64,000 bases of DNA from contig DATFWX010000142.1 in assembly GCA_035258845.1 (NCBI GenBank), positions 2,706 through 66,705 on the forward strand, given 5' to 3'. Positions 12,130-21,233 of this stretch are shown here, piece after piece; position 1 is the stretch's first letter; each line of letters starts with the position of its first letter. Both the position numbers and the translations under genes were made by a program. Source of the DNA: Polyangia bacterium (lineage in GTDB: Bacteria > Myxococcota_A > Polyangia > JAHFDS01 > DATFWX01). A model generated the notes under the pieces. That model worked only from the letters and a program-made list of their open reading frames with translations, was not told the DNA's origin and searched no databases.

Positions 12130-13400
12130 TGTCGCTTCATCGGTCGGGTTCCCGATCCGACCAGGAATGCGACATTCACAGACGAAGATCTGAGGATCAC
12201 GCGGCGCATAGTCGGCCCATCACAGCGACTTCACAGTTTATCCACTCGGCTGTCGTCTCTCGCGACAGGTCTCGCGATTCCTCGAGCAAGCGATTTCGCT
12301 CCGTTGCAACCCGGGCGCGTGCTGGCATGTCGCCTGCAAAGTCCCCCGCGCGTCGGACGAGAGAGCAAAGTAGAAAAGAGGACGAGGGCAAGGCAGTCGG
12401 CGACTCGGCGATCGAAGCGGATCGCCCGGTTGAGCTGGCCTCGCCGTCCCGTGGCTTCGGCTGCGAGCCGGCAGGCTGGAAACCTCGAGCGGGTCGGCGC
12501 GCGTTGAGAAACGCGTGTCGGGCCACTTGCCGTCAAGACGCTGGAGATCAGTTGCGGGGACGAGCTTGAACGGCCCCGCAGCCAAGGTCACGAGCGGAGC
12601 TGCTGTGAAGGCGGCGGCACGGCAAGTGGACGGAGCACCCGGAGGAGGCAAAACCCAGGAGGGGATCGGGCGTCACGAGAGCTAACCCCTCTCGCGGCGC
12701 AACGGACTCCCGCGTGGAGCAAGGCCCTGAAGGCGGGGCCGCGTTTCTGGCGCCGTCGGCGCAAGTCGGCGGTAGGGCACGCGGTCGAACGACAAGAGGG
12801 CATCGGCCACCGACGAGGTGGTACGGCTGCGCGGAAGGGAAAACCCCTGAAGGGTGAACCCCGGACGTGGCTGCGGGGTGAAACAAACCCGCAAGGCCGG
12901 TGGTGGAGCAAGCCGTCGAGGCGGTGAGAAACCGCGAGGACGGAACACAGCGAGCTTGGGATGCTCGCAAACGTGGACTCCGCCGGTTGATGTCGCGAAG
13001 GGGGAAGAAACCCCAAGGGAGGTGCTCGGCGCCGGGAGGCGTCGGGCAGGTACGGACCGGAGAACTCTGAAGGAGAGGCGAAGCTCCGAGAGGATGAACC
13101 CGTTGCGCGAGCGGCGGGGGACGGCGAACGATTGAAGCCCATGGGTCCGTCGGAAACGACGAGATTCAAAAAGGGGGCAGGCAACCCGATAGGCCTGCTA
13201 GATCGATCGCTCACAATACTCTAAAGAGCGGCCAACTCCACGAGAGGCAGCGCTCGGGCCGGTGACGGCACGGGTGGCGACGGGACGAGGCCTTACACCT
13301 TCGAAGGGGCGCGCTCGTGGGCGGTCCACTTGGGTCGCCGAGCTTGCGTTTTGGGGACCCACTTGCACATCGGCCAAACCGATCGTACCTTCGGTTGGCC
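12130..13400 (+). ncRNA. Candidate large structured non-coding region (purine-rich, multiple A-rich-loop hairpins); function unknown
   Basis: There is no credible ORF. All six frames give only short overlapping fragments, and local GC is lower than the flanks. Consecutive stem-loops with A-rich loops lie at 12837-12847 (GGGAAAACCCC), 12852-12861 (GGGTGAACCC), 12873-12891 (GCGGG-GTGAAACAAA-CCCGC), 12921-12935 (GCGGT-GAGAA-ACCGC) and 13001-13014 (GGGG-AAGAAA-CCCC). More hairpins are near 12500-12518 and 12143-12164. Confidence 0.3.
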
Positions 13401-13401
13401 C

Positions 13402-15184
13402 AGTGGATGCCTCGACACCCATCGACAGCGCGGTTTCCGCGCTGACCGAGCGGTTCGGGATCCGCGAGTTTCGGCCGGGCCAGAAGGATGTGATCCGGGC
13501 CGTGCTTGCGGGCCGGGATACGCTCGCCATCATGCCGACCGGCAGCGGGAAATCGCTGACTTATCAGCTGCCCGCGCTGGTCGTGTCCGGCCCCACGGTC
13601 GTGGTGTCTCCGCTGCTCGCTCTGATCGAGGACCAGGTGGCGAAAATGCGGGCGCTCGGCGTCCCCATCACGCGCGTCGACTCCACCCTCTCGGCCAAGC
13701 AGCGGGCTGCCGAGCTCGACTCGCTGGCGGCCGCCCCGGGCGCGCGCAAGCTCGTGCTGATCACGCCTGAATCGGTATCCACCCCGGCCGTGACCGAGAA
13801 GCTGGCCGCCGCCAAGCCGGCCCTGTTCGTGGTCGACGAGGCGCACTGCGTATCGCAGTGGGGCCACGATTTCCGGCCCAGCTACCTGGCCTTGCGCCGA
13901 ACCGCGATCGAGCTGGGGCGCCCCCCCATGCTGGCCCTGACCGCGACCGCCACCCTCAAGGTGGCCGATGACGTGGTCGGGCAGCTGGGCCTGCGCGACC
14001 CGCACGTGGTGCAGATCTCCTTCCATCGGCCCAACCTCGCCTTCGAGGTCCGGCGGCTCGGGGGCGAGGACGACAAGCTGCGCGTGCTCGGCAACCTGAT
14101 CCAACACCTGCGTCGGCCCGGGATCATCTACTGCGCCACCACGCGCGCGGTCGATGAGCTGTACGTGGCCCTGCGCCGCGCCAACATTCCGGTCGAGCGC
14201 TACCACGGCAAAATGACGGCCAGCGAGCGCGAGGCGGCCCAAGAATCCTACATGCAAGCGGGCCGGCAAATGGTCATGGTGGCCACCAACGCGTTCGGCC
14301 TGGGCGTCGACAAGCCCGATATCCGATACATCCTGCACTACCAGCTCCCGGGCTCACCCGAGGCCTACGTGCAGGAGGCCGGGCGTGCGGGCCGCGACGA
14401 CAAGCCGGCGCGCTGCATCTTGCTCTACATCCCCGACGACATTGCGATCCAGGAGCACTTCATCGAGGACGCGCACCCGACCAAGGCGGCTGCCCGCATG
14501 GTTGCCGATGCACTGTATGCGTGGTCGGACACCGGCCGCGAGGTCCTGGTCAAGGACCTTGCCACCTCGACTGCGGTCGGCGAGCGGCGGGTCCGCGTGA
14601 TCCTGTCGGTGCTGGAGGCGATGGGGGTAGCGCGCGAAGGCAAGCCGGGCCACTGGGGCGGCGTGGAGCCCCGGCCCAGTCGCGAGCAGCTCGACGAGGC
14701 GGCCGGTGTGTTCGACGCGCGCCGTGTCAGCGATCGGCGGCGGCTCGACTCGATGATCGCGTACGTCAACACCAGGGAGTGCCGCGCCCGCCACCTGCGC
14801 CTCTATTTTGGCGAGCTCGATCCGCCCGCGTGCGGGTGCTGCGACGTGTGCCGCGGTGGCGTGATCGATGAGGAGGCCGACAAGGTGGACGAGGCGCACG
14901 CGGTTGCGCAGGCGGTCAGCCAGCACGCGCGCGAGATGGCGGAGTGGGAGGCGGTGTGGAAGGGCGAGACCCCGCGCGCCTTCGCGCCGCCGCCGCCGAC
15001 CGTACAGCTGGGCGAGTTCGCTTCGGTCTGGGGGGTCGGGGAGCTGCGCTCGAGCGGCCTGGCCGCTGGCAACGGCTTTGACCGGACCGCGCAGAGCGGT
15101 CGCGGCGGAGGGCGCGGTCGCAGGCGTGGAGGCGGCGGCGGGGGCGGCCGGCGGCGCGGGCGCGGCGGCCGGCGTCGGCACTGA
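13402..15184 (+). CDS. recQ: ATP-dependent DNA helicase RecQ family, with Arg/Gly-rich C-terminal tail
   Basis: FRPGQKDVIRAVLAGRDTLAIMPTGSGKSLTYQLPA (Q-motif/Walker A), VVDEAHCVSQWGHDFRPSY (DEAH), Zn-binding CGCCDVC. Tail: GRGGGRGRRRGGGGGGGRRRGRGGRRRH. Start is a probable GTG near 13402 (no in-frame ATG before the helicase core); the stop is fixed. Confidence 0.8.
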
Positions 15185-15206
15185 AGAGAGCGGCGCAGGA
15201 GCGGGG

Positions 15207-16067
15207 ATGACGAGGTTCGACGACCGGCTGGCGCGTTTGCCGCGGCTTGGCGTCGGCATCTCGGCCGAGCCTGAGAGCGCGCACGCAGGCACCGACGCGG
15301 TGAAGCTGCGCGAGCAGGCACCCGGCCTGGTGCACTTTCTCGAGTTCGGCACCGACCTCGCACGCGGCCTCGACGAGCATGTGCGGCGGTGGGCCGCGCT
15401 CGGGCTCCCCACCACCTACCATTTCCTCGACCTCAATCTGGCCGAGCGCGTCGACATCGACGAGGTGTGGCTGCGTCGGACCGCCACCCGCGCCCGCGAG
15501 ATCGGGGCCGCCTGGCTGTGCGGCGACGGCGGCCTCTGGCACTTCGGTCCGCGCGAGCGCGGCCACGAGATCCTGCTGCCGCCCATTCTGTGCCCGGAGG
15601 CGGCCGACGAGATGGCCGAAGCGGTTGCGCGCGTCGAGGCCGCCACCGGCCTTGCCGTCCTGCCCGAGAACCCACCGGCGCCGCTCTACCTGGGCGAGCT
15701 GCACATCCTCGACTTTTACGCGCGCGTGGCCGAGCGCGCCGACTGCGGCCTGCTGCTCGACTGCGCGCACCTGGCCATGTTCCAGCGCATCCGGGGCCAC
15801 GGGCCGCTCGACGGCTTCGATGGCTATCCCTTCGAGCGGCTGATCGAGGTGCACGTGGCGGGCGGGACGCCGGTCGACGTCGACGGCTACCAGGTGGTCG
15901 AGGACTCGCACGTGCCGGAGCCGCTGCCCGAGACCTGGACCATCCTCGAGCACGTGGCCGCGCGCGCGCCCAACCTGCGCGCGCTCGTGTATGAATGCGA
16001 GAAAAATCCGGCCGAAGCCTGCCTGGCCAATTTCGAGCGGCTCAACCAGCTCTTTCCGCCGCCATGA
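15207..16067 (+). CDS. DUF692 (UPF0276; MbnB/TglH/BufB-like TIM-barrel) family protein
   Basis: MTRFDDRLARLPRLGVGISAEPES...CGLLLDCAHLAMF...EVHVAGG...EDSHVPEP matches conserved DUF692 blocks (LGxGxR/S, CGLLLD, E[IV]H[LV]AG, D[ST]H). Starts 22 nt after the recQ stop. Confidence 0.75.
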   Translation: MTRFDDRLARLPRLGVGISAEPESAHAGTDAVKLREQAPGLVHFLEFGTDLARGLDEHVRRWAALGLPTTYHFLDLNLAERVDIDEVWLRRTATRAREIGAAWLCGDGGLWHFGPRERGHEILLPPILCPEAADEMAEAVARVEAATGLAVLPENPPAPLYLGELHILDFYARVAERADCGLLLDCAHLAMFQRIRGHGPLDGFDGYPFERLIEVHVAGGTPVDVDGYQVVEDSHVPEPLPETWTILEHVAARAPNLRALVYECEKNPAEACLANFERLNQLFPPP

Positions 16068-16891
16068 CCCATCAAGCAGCCCTCCGCGTGGTCGTGCGTA
16101 TGCAGTACGATCCAATTTTTGCCGACGCCGTATACCGCGACCCGGTGGCAACCCTTTTGCCGCTCGGTCTGGGCGAGCGCGAACGAGGCTGGCTGCTGGC
16201 AGTCGATCGGCGCGCCTTCCGACACGATCCGATGAAGCGGCGCCGGACCCTGCATGCGCTGGTCAGCGAGTTCAAGGCCGCCGCCGCGCTGGCGCTTCTC
16301 GAAACCCGCCGCGTTGGCTTCCTGGACGCCTTCTTCGCCAGCCCCGAGTTCCATCGCGCGATCCAGGAGCGCGGCTCGCTCGCCGCGGCGTTCGCCGACT
16401 ACCTCCTGGGCGCGCGCCTGCGTACCCCGCAGCTGGGCGATGTGGTGCGGCTCGAGGCCACGCTCGCACGCTGCCGCCGCGAGCTTGCGGCCGCGGGCGG
16501 GCCCGATTTCGCGCCGCCGCCCATCCCGCCGGGCGGGCCCACGCACATCGCGCGCGCGCCCGGAGTCGCGGTCGGCAGCTTCTCGCCCGACGCGCTCGCG
16601 GCCATCCAGGCGGTCGAGCACTGGCTGTTCGAACGCTCGCTCATGCCGATCGTGGCGCTCGCCGACGACGCGCCGGCGCTCGAGCTGCCTGCGCCCGCCT
16701 TGGCGCCACCGGTCCGCCTGGGCATCGTGCCCACGCAGGCCGGCATTTCGCTGGTCGAGCTCGAGCCCGCGCTCTACGACGCCATTTCTCGCGTCGATGG
16801 CCCCAGCGTGCCGGCCCAACGCATCGGCCGCGCGCTCGCGGCCTCGCTGTGCGAGGACGAGGTGCTGATCGCGGTTCCAGCTCCTGAGTAG
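16066..16891 (+). CDS. DUF2063-like partner protein (MbnC/BufC-like), start overlaps DUF692 stop (ATGA)
   Basis: MTHQAALRVVVRMQYDPIFADAVYRDPVATLLPLGL... Size (about 275 aa) and tight translational coupling to the DUF692 gene are typical of DUF692/DUF2063 pairs. Confidence 0.5.
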
Positions 16892-16933
16892 CGCTCGCTT
16901 TACGCGGCCTCGGCTTCGATCGAAAATGACCCG

Positions 16934-18574
16934 ATGCGCACGACGGAGCAGCTGGCTCAAGATCTCGGGCTTGATCCGACCCACGTCATCCCCTGGGGCC
17001 TGGGGCTGGCCAAGATCCACCCCGATCTCGCGTTTCGCGACGACCCGCTCACCGGACGGCTGGTGCTGGTGTCGGCCATCAACCCGACCCCCGCGGGCGA
17101 AGGCAAGACCACCTGCACCATCGGCCTGACCCAGGCCGCCCGCATGACGGGTGCGCGCGCCGTGTGCGCGCTGCGGGAGCCCTCGCTGGGCCCGGTGTTC
17201 GGCGCCAAAGGCGGCGGTACCGGCGGCGGCCGCTCGCAGCTGGTGCCGGGCGACCGCATCAACCTGCATTTCACGGGCGACCTGCACGCGGTCACCTCCG
17301 CGCACAACCTTCTGGCCGCGTTGGCCGACAACGACGTGTACTTTGGCGGCAAGGGCGGGGGGGCGGCGCTCGATCCACGCCAGATCATCTACCGGCGCGT
17401 GCTCGACATGAACGACCGCTTCTTGCGCCGGACCGTGATTGGCCTGGGCGGCAAGGCCATGGGTGTGCCGCGCGAGGACGGCTTCGACATCACCGCCGCC
17501 AGTGAGGTGATGGCAATCCTGTGCCTCGCGTCCGGCTACGCGGACCTCAAGCAGCGGCTGGGCGCCATCCTGGTCGGCTTCTCGCGCGACGGCGCGCCCG
17601 TGTACGCGCGCGATCTGCGCGCCCAGGGCGCCATGGCGGCGCTCTTGCGTGACGCGCTCCTGCCCAACCTGGTGCAGACCGGCGAGGGCGCACCGGCGCT
17701 CGTGCACGGCGGCCCGTTCGGCAACATTGCGCACGGCTGCAACAGCCTCATCGCGACCCGGCTGGCCCTGCGCCGCGCCGAGGTCGTGTTCACCGAGGCC
17801 GGCTTCGGCTTCGACCTGGGCGCCGAAAAATTTCTCGACATCAAATGCCGCGTGGGCGGTCTGTGGCCGCACGCCATCGTGCTGGTGGCCACGCTGCGAG
17901 CGCTCAAGTTCCACGGCGGCGCCGGCACCAGCGAGGGCACCCTCGAGAACCCGGACGCCTTGAACCGAGGCATGGAGAACCTGGAAAAGCACATCGAGAA
18001 CGTGCGGCAGTTCGGCATCGAGCCCGTGGTCGCGCTCAACGTTCGCGCCAGCGATAGCGGGGCCGAGCTGGGGCACGTTCTTTCCACCCTGCGCCGTGAC
18101 GGCATCGAGGCCGGCCTGTGCGACGTGTTCGGTCTGGGCGGCGAGGGCGCCCTCGAGCTCGTCGAGCAGATCCTGGCGCGCGCGCGCGCGGCCACACCCA
18201 AGCCGACGTTCCTGTACGACCTGGCCGACCCGCCGGTCGAGAAGATCCGTCGCATCGCGCAGAAGATCTACGGCGCCGCCGACGTCGACTTCACGGTGAC
18301 CGCCAAGCGTCAGCTCGATCGCGCGGTGCAGCTCGGCGGCGGCACGCTGCCGATCTGCGTGGCCAAGACCCACCTCTCGCTGTCGGACGACGAAAAGCTG
18401 ATCGGCCGCCCGCGCGAGTTCGAGATGACCGTGCGCGAGGTGCGTCTGGCCGCGGGTGCCGGCTTCCTGGTCCCTTTGACCGGCGAGATCCTCACGATGC
18501 CGGGCCTGCCCAAGGCGCCGCACGCGACCGACATCGATCTGCTTGCGGACGGGACCATCGTCGGCGTCGCGTAA
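16934..18574 (+). CDS. fhs: Formate--tetrahydrofolate ligase
   Basis: LVLVSAINPTPAGEGKTTCTIGLTQA (Fhs P-loop signature), 546 aa, conserved throughout. The long antisense ORF 15887..18523 is rejected. Confidence 0.9.
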   Translation: MRTTEQLAQDLGLDPTHVIPWGLGLAKIHPDLAFRDDPLTGRLVLVSAINPTPAGEGKTTCTIGLTQAARMTGARAVCALREPSLGPVFGAKGGGTGGGRSQLVPGDRINLHFTGDLHAVTSAHNLLAALADNDVYFGGKGGGAALDPRQIIYRRVLDMNDRFLRRTVIGLGGKAMGVPREDGFDITAASEVMAILCLASGYADLKQRLGAILVGFSRDGAPVYARDLRAQGAMAALLRDALLPNLVQTGEGAPALVHGGPFGNIAHGCNSLIATRLALRRAEVVFTEAGFGFDLGAEKFLDIKCRVGGLWPHAIVLVATLRALKFHGGAGTSEGTLENPDALNRGMENLEKHIENVRQFGIEPVVALNVRASDSGAELGHVLSTLRRDGIEAGLCDVFGLGGEGALELVEQILARARAATPKPTFLYDLADPPVEKIRRIAQKIYGAADVDFTVTAKRQLDRAVQLGGGTLPICVAKTHLSLSDDEKLIGRPREFEMTVREVRLAAGAGFLVPLTGEILTMPGLPKAPHATDIDLLADGTIVGVA

Positions 18575-18625
18575 AAAGTCTGCCCGCGCGGTCGGATGGC
18601 CGGACCACTCTCGGTCGGGATTTCG

Positions 18626-18655
18626 TTGACGCGCGCGCTGGACGTGGCGTAATGG
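18626..18655 (+). promoter_or_regulatory. Sigma70-like promoter candidate (TTGACG-N18-TAATGG) upstream of the FAAL gene
   Basis: TTGACG at 18626-18631 and TAATGG at 18650-18655, about 40 nt upstream of ATG 18695. Confidence 0.25.
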
Positions 18656-18694
18656 CGGGGCTCTCGGGCGAGGTTCCGAGCCTGTGCGTGCGCG

Positions 18695-20455
18695 ATGACC
18701 ATCCCCACGCTCGACCTGTCGACGGCCACGCTGCTTGATTCGCTCGACGATCTGTCGCGCTGCCGCGAGCGCGGCGTGACCTTCTACAATTCACGGGGCC
18801 GCCCGCACCGCGTGCCGTACGCGGAGCTGTGGGCGCGCTCGCTGCGCTTCGCGAGCGGCCTGCGCCGACGCGGCCTGCAGCCGGGCGAGCCTGCTGTGCT
18901 GGTGCTGCCCGACCCCGAGGAGGCGATCGTGGCCACCCTGGGTGCGATGGCGGCCGGCTGCCCGCCGGCGCCCATCTACCCACCGGCTTCGACCCTGGGC
19001 GTGCCCGCGTTTCTGCGCTACCTCGGTCATGTGGCCGCGCGCTCGCGCGCCCGCCACGTGATTGCGGGCGCGCAGGTGTTTCCCTTTTTGGGAGCGGTTC
19101 CACGCGACGTGCGCGGCGTGCGCGGAGTTGACCGCTTTGGCGCCCTGATCGCGGAGCCGCCCGGAACCGCCGTCTGCGCCCGCCCCGAAGACATCGCCTT
19201 CTTGCAGTTCACCTCGGGCTCCACCTCGGCGCCCAAGGGCGTCGCGGTCACGCACCGCTGCCTGGTCGCCAACCTGTGGATGATCCGCACGGCCTCGCGC
19301 ATGGACGAGCGCTCGGCGGTTGTGACCTGGCTTCCGGTCTATCACGACATGGGGCTCATCGGCACCGTGCTCAATGCGATCACGATGCAGATCGAGCTGG
19401 CCGTGATGTCGCCGCGCACGTTTTTACGCGAGCCGACGCTGTGGCTGCGCGCCATCAGCCATCACCGCGGCACCCACACCGCCGCCCCCAACTTCGCCTA
19501 CGGCTTGTGCGCAAAGAGGATCGCACAGCCGAGCGAGCTCGACCTGTCGTCGATGCGCGTGTTCATTTGCGGCGCCGAGCCGATCGTGCCGGAGACGCTC
19601 GAGCGCTTCACGACCCAGCTCGCGCCGGCACGGCTGCATCCGAGCGCGATGGTGCCCGCATACGGGCTGGCCGAGGCCACGCTGGCGGTCTCGTTCATGC
19701 CCTACGGTATGGGTCTGCGCTGCGACGAGGTGGACGCGGGCGCGCTGGGCGAGGACCGGCTGGCGCAGCCCGCGGTCGGAGGCGCTCGGCTTCTGCGGGT
19801 GCCCTCGTGCGGGGTGGCCATGCCGGGGCTGGACATCCGGATCGTCGATCCGGAAACCGGACAGCATGTGGGCGACCGCATGGTGGGAGAGATCCAGGTG
19901 CGTGGTCCCTCGGTGACCCCGGGCTACATCCACGATGCCGAGGCCACGGCCGCATCGCGAGCGGCCGGCGGTTGGCTGCGGACGGGCGATCTGGGCTACC
20001 TGGCCGGCGGGCACCTGTATCCGTGTGGTCGCACAAAGGACGTCATCATCGTGCGCGGGCGCAACCTGCACGCGCACGACATCGAGGCTTTGGCGGGCGC
20101 ACTCCGCGACGTCCGCACCGGCAACGTGGTCGCCTTCGGCGCACCCGACAGCCGCTCGGGTGAGGAGAGGCTCGTCGTCATCGCCGAGTCACGAGAGCCC
20201 GAGCGCGCGGGCGCGATTGCCCGCTCGATCCGCGGTCAGGTGGGCGACGCGCTGGGCGTGGTTCCGGACGACATCGTAATCGTGCCGCCGGGGACGCTCC
20301 CAAAAACCTCGTCGGGCAAGCTCAAACGCGCTGAGACCCGGAGCCGGTATCTGAACGGATCCCTGTTCCAGCCGCGGGCGGGCTCGCTGGAGACGGTTGG
20401 CATCGCGCTGCGGAGCGGCCTCTCGCACGTGATGAACCGCGTGCGCGCGGGCTGA
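18695..20455 (+). CDS. Fatty-acyl-AMP ligase (FAAL) / AMP-dependent synthetase, stand-alone
   Basis: FLQFTSGSTSAPKGVAVTH (AMP-binding core), WLPVYHDMGLIG (FAAL-type motif), YGLAEATLAV, TGDLGY...RTKDVIIVRGRN, and the C-terminal K of PKTSSGKLKR. Confidence 0.8.
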   Translation: MTIPTLDLSTATLLDSLDDLSRCRERGVTFYNSRGRPHRVPYAELWARSLRFASGLRRRGLQPGEPAVLVLPDPEEAIVATLGAMAAGCPPAPIYPPASTLGVPAFLRYLGHVAARSRARHVIAGAQVFPFLGAVPRDVRGVRGVDRFGALIAEPPGTAVCARPEDIAFLQFTSGSTSAPKGVAVTHRCLVANLWMIRTASRMDERSAVVTWLPVYHDMGLIGTVLNAITMQIELAVMSPRTFLREPTLWLRAISHHRGTHTAAPNFAYGLCAKRIAQPSELDLSSMRVFICGAEPIVPETLERFTTQLAPARLHPSAMVPAYGLAEATLAVSFMPYGMGLRCDEVDAGALGEDRLAQPAVGGARLLRVPSCGVAMPGLDIRIVDPETGQHVGDRMVGEIQVRGPSVTPGYIHDAEATAASRAAGGWLRTGDLGYLAGGHLYPCGRTKDVIIVRGRNLHAHDIEALAGALRDVRTGNVVAFGAPDSRSGEERLVVIAESREPERAGAIARSIRGQVGDALGVVPDDIVIVPPGTLPKTSSGKLKRAETRSRYLNGSLFQPRAGSLETVGIALRSGLSHVMNRVRAG

Positions 20456-20864
20456 GCGGAAGCGACGCCGGCTGCTGGGCGCGGCGGAGGGCGGCGTAGG
20501 CCTGGCCCAGCCGGGCCACGATGAGCTGCGCGGGCCCGCGCAGGTAGTCGAGCCCGAACGGGCTCAGCCGCTTGGGATGGAACCACCGCACGAGCAGAAG
20601 ATACGCCGAGCGGATCTCATCGAGCGTGGCGTCGGGCCGTACGCCCAGCACTGCATGGTCGTCTTCCTGGCCGAGGCGCGCCAGCTTGTGCTCGATCTCG
20701 AGCGCGAGCGCTTCGGCCTGCGGGCTTCGCTCCGGCGGCGCCTGCAAGAGGTCACGCAAGTCGGGCAGCGTATCCGGATCCGCTTCGAGGGCGCTCGCGT
20801 CCACCCTACCGAACGGCGCCGGATCGACAATGACGGCAATCGAGCTCGGGTCCCGCAGTACCAT
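20322..20864 (-). CDS. J-domain-like protein (HPK variant of the HPD motif); 3' end overlaps the FAAL gene convergently
   Basis: DHAVLGVRPDATLDEIRSAYLLLVRWFHPKRL...LIVARLGQAYAAL aligns to J-domain helices II-III. Overlaps the FAAL 3' end by about 130 nt. Confidence 0.4.
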   Translation of the reverse strand: MVLRDPSSIAVIVDPAPFGRVDASALEADPDTLPDLRDLLQAPPERSPQAEALALEIEHKLARLGQEDDHAVLGVRPDATLDEIRSAYLLLVRWFHPKRLSPFGLDYLRGPAQLIVARLGQAYAALRRAQQPASLPLSPRARGSSRARGRSAARCQPSPASPPAAGTGIRSDTGSGSQRV

Positions 20865-21020
20865 GATTCAGTCTCTAGAAAGAATCGTGCCAGCGCAGAT
20901 TTCGCGCGCTTAGCCCGCACGCCGGACCGACCGTGTGCCGGTGCTGCCCGACCTCCTGGACGGCTGTACAGAATCGGCACACTTGCCTTCACCTTGGATC
21001 TTCAGTAAAGAAGTCCGACG

Positions 21021-21233
21021 ATGCTCAACGATGTCAGTGACATGTTGAAGCCGGAGGAGCGCGAGGCGGCCGAGAAGTGGAAGCAAAAGCACGCCGAGAA
21101 ATGCAAGCATCCTGATTTCATCGTGGTGTCGAACGTGTCCGGATATGGCTACCGGCTCAAGTGTCTCTGTCAGACCTGTGGGGCCAAGGAGGATATCACC
21201 GGCTCCGCTCGCGACTGGGTGCCCAAGCACTAA
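21021..21233 (+). CDS. Small 4-Cys protein (70 aa) with atypical codon usage; stop overlaps the downstream start
   Basis: MLNDVSDMLKPEEREAAEKWKQKHAEKCKHPDFIVVSNVSGYGYRLKCLCQTCGAKEDITGSARDWVPKH. Cys at 27, 48, 50, 53. Many A/T-ending codons (gat, agt, ttg, tgt, cct) in a genome with GC3 near 90%. The TAA stop overlaps ATG 21234 (TAATG). Confidence 0.35.
   Translation: MLNDVSDMLKPEEREAAEKWKQKHAEKCKHPDFIVVSNVSGYGYRLKCLCQTCGAKEDITGSARDWVPKH

Noticed and set aside
11908-12970. Several 100-200-aa ORFs on both strands inside the non-coding region (for example 11908..12507, 12129..12569, 12588..13214 minus)
   Set aside because: They overlap mutually on both strands, and their codon bias is unlike neighbouring genes (low GC3, purine-rich).
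12130-13400. Possibility that the structured non-coding region is a known RNA (RNase P RNA, tmRNA, SRP RNA, cobalamin riboswitch) or a retron msr/msd
   Set aside because: None of the universal signature strings was found by eye: no AGGAAAGTCCGG for RNase P, no tmRNA tag-like reading frame or CCA-type 3' end, no SRP domain IV, no B12 box. No reverse transcriptase ORF is adjacent. It is kept only as an unclassified candidate.
16926-17129. 67-aa ORF containing a CWC motif just after the DUF2063 gene; considered as a possible RiPP precursor
   Set aside because: It lies entirely inside the conserved N-terminus of fhs in another frame. It has no RBS and a Pro/Arg-rich translation typical of frame artefacts.
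15887-18523. 878-aa ORF on the minus strand
   Set aside because: Antisense to the unmistakable fhs gene and the DUF692/DUF2063 pair. Arg/Ala/Gly-rich low-complexity translation typical of GC-rich antisense frames.
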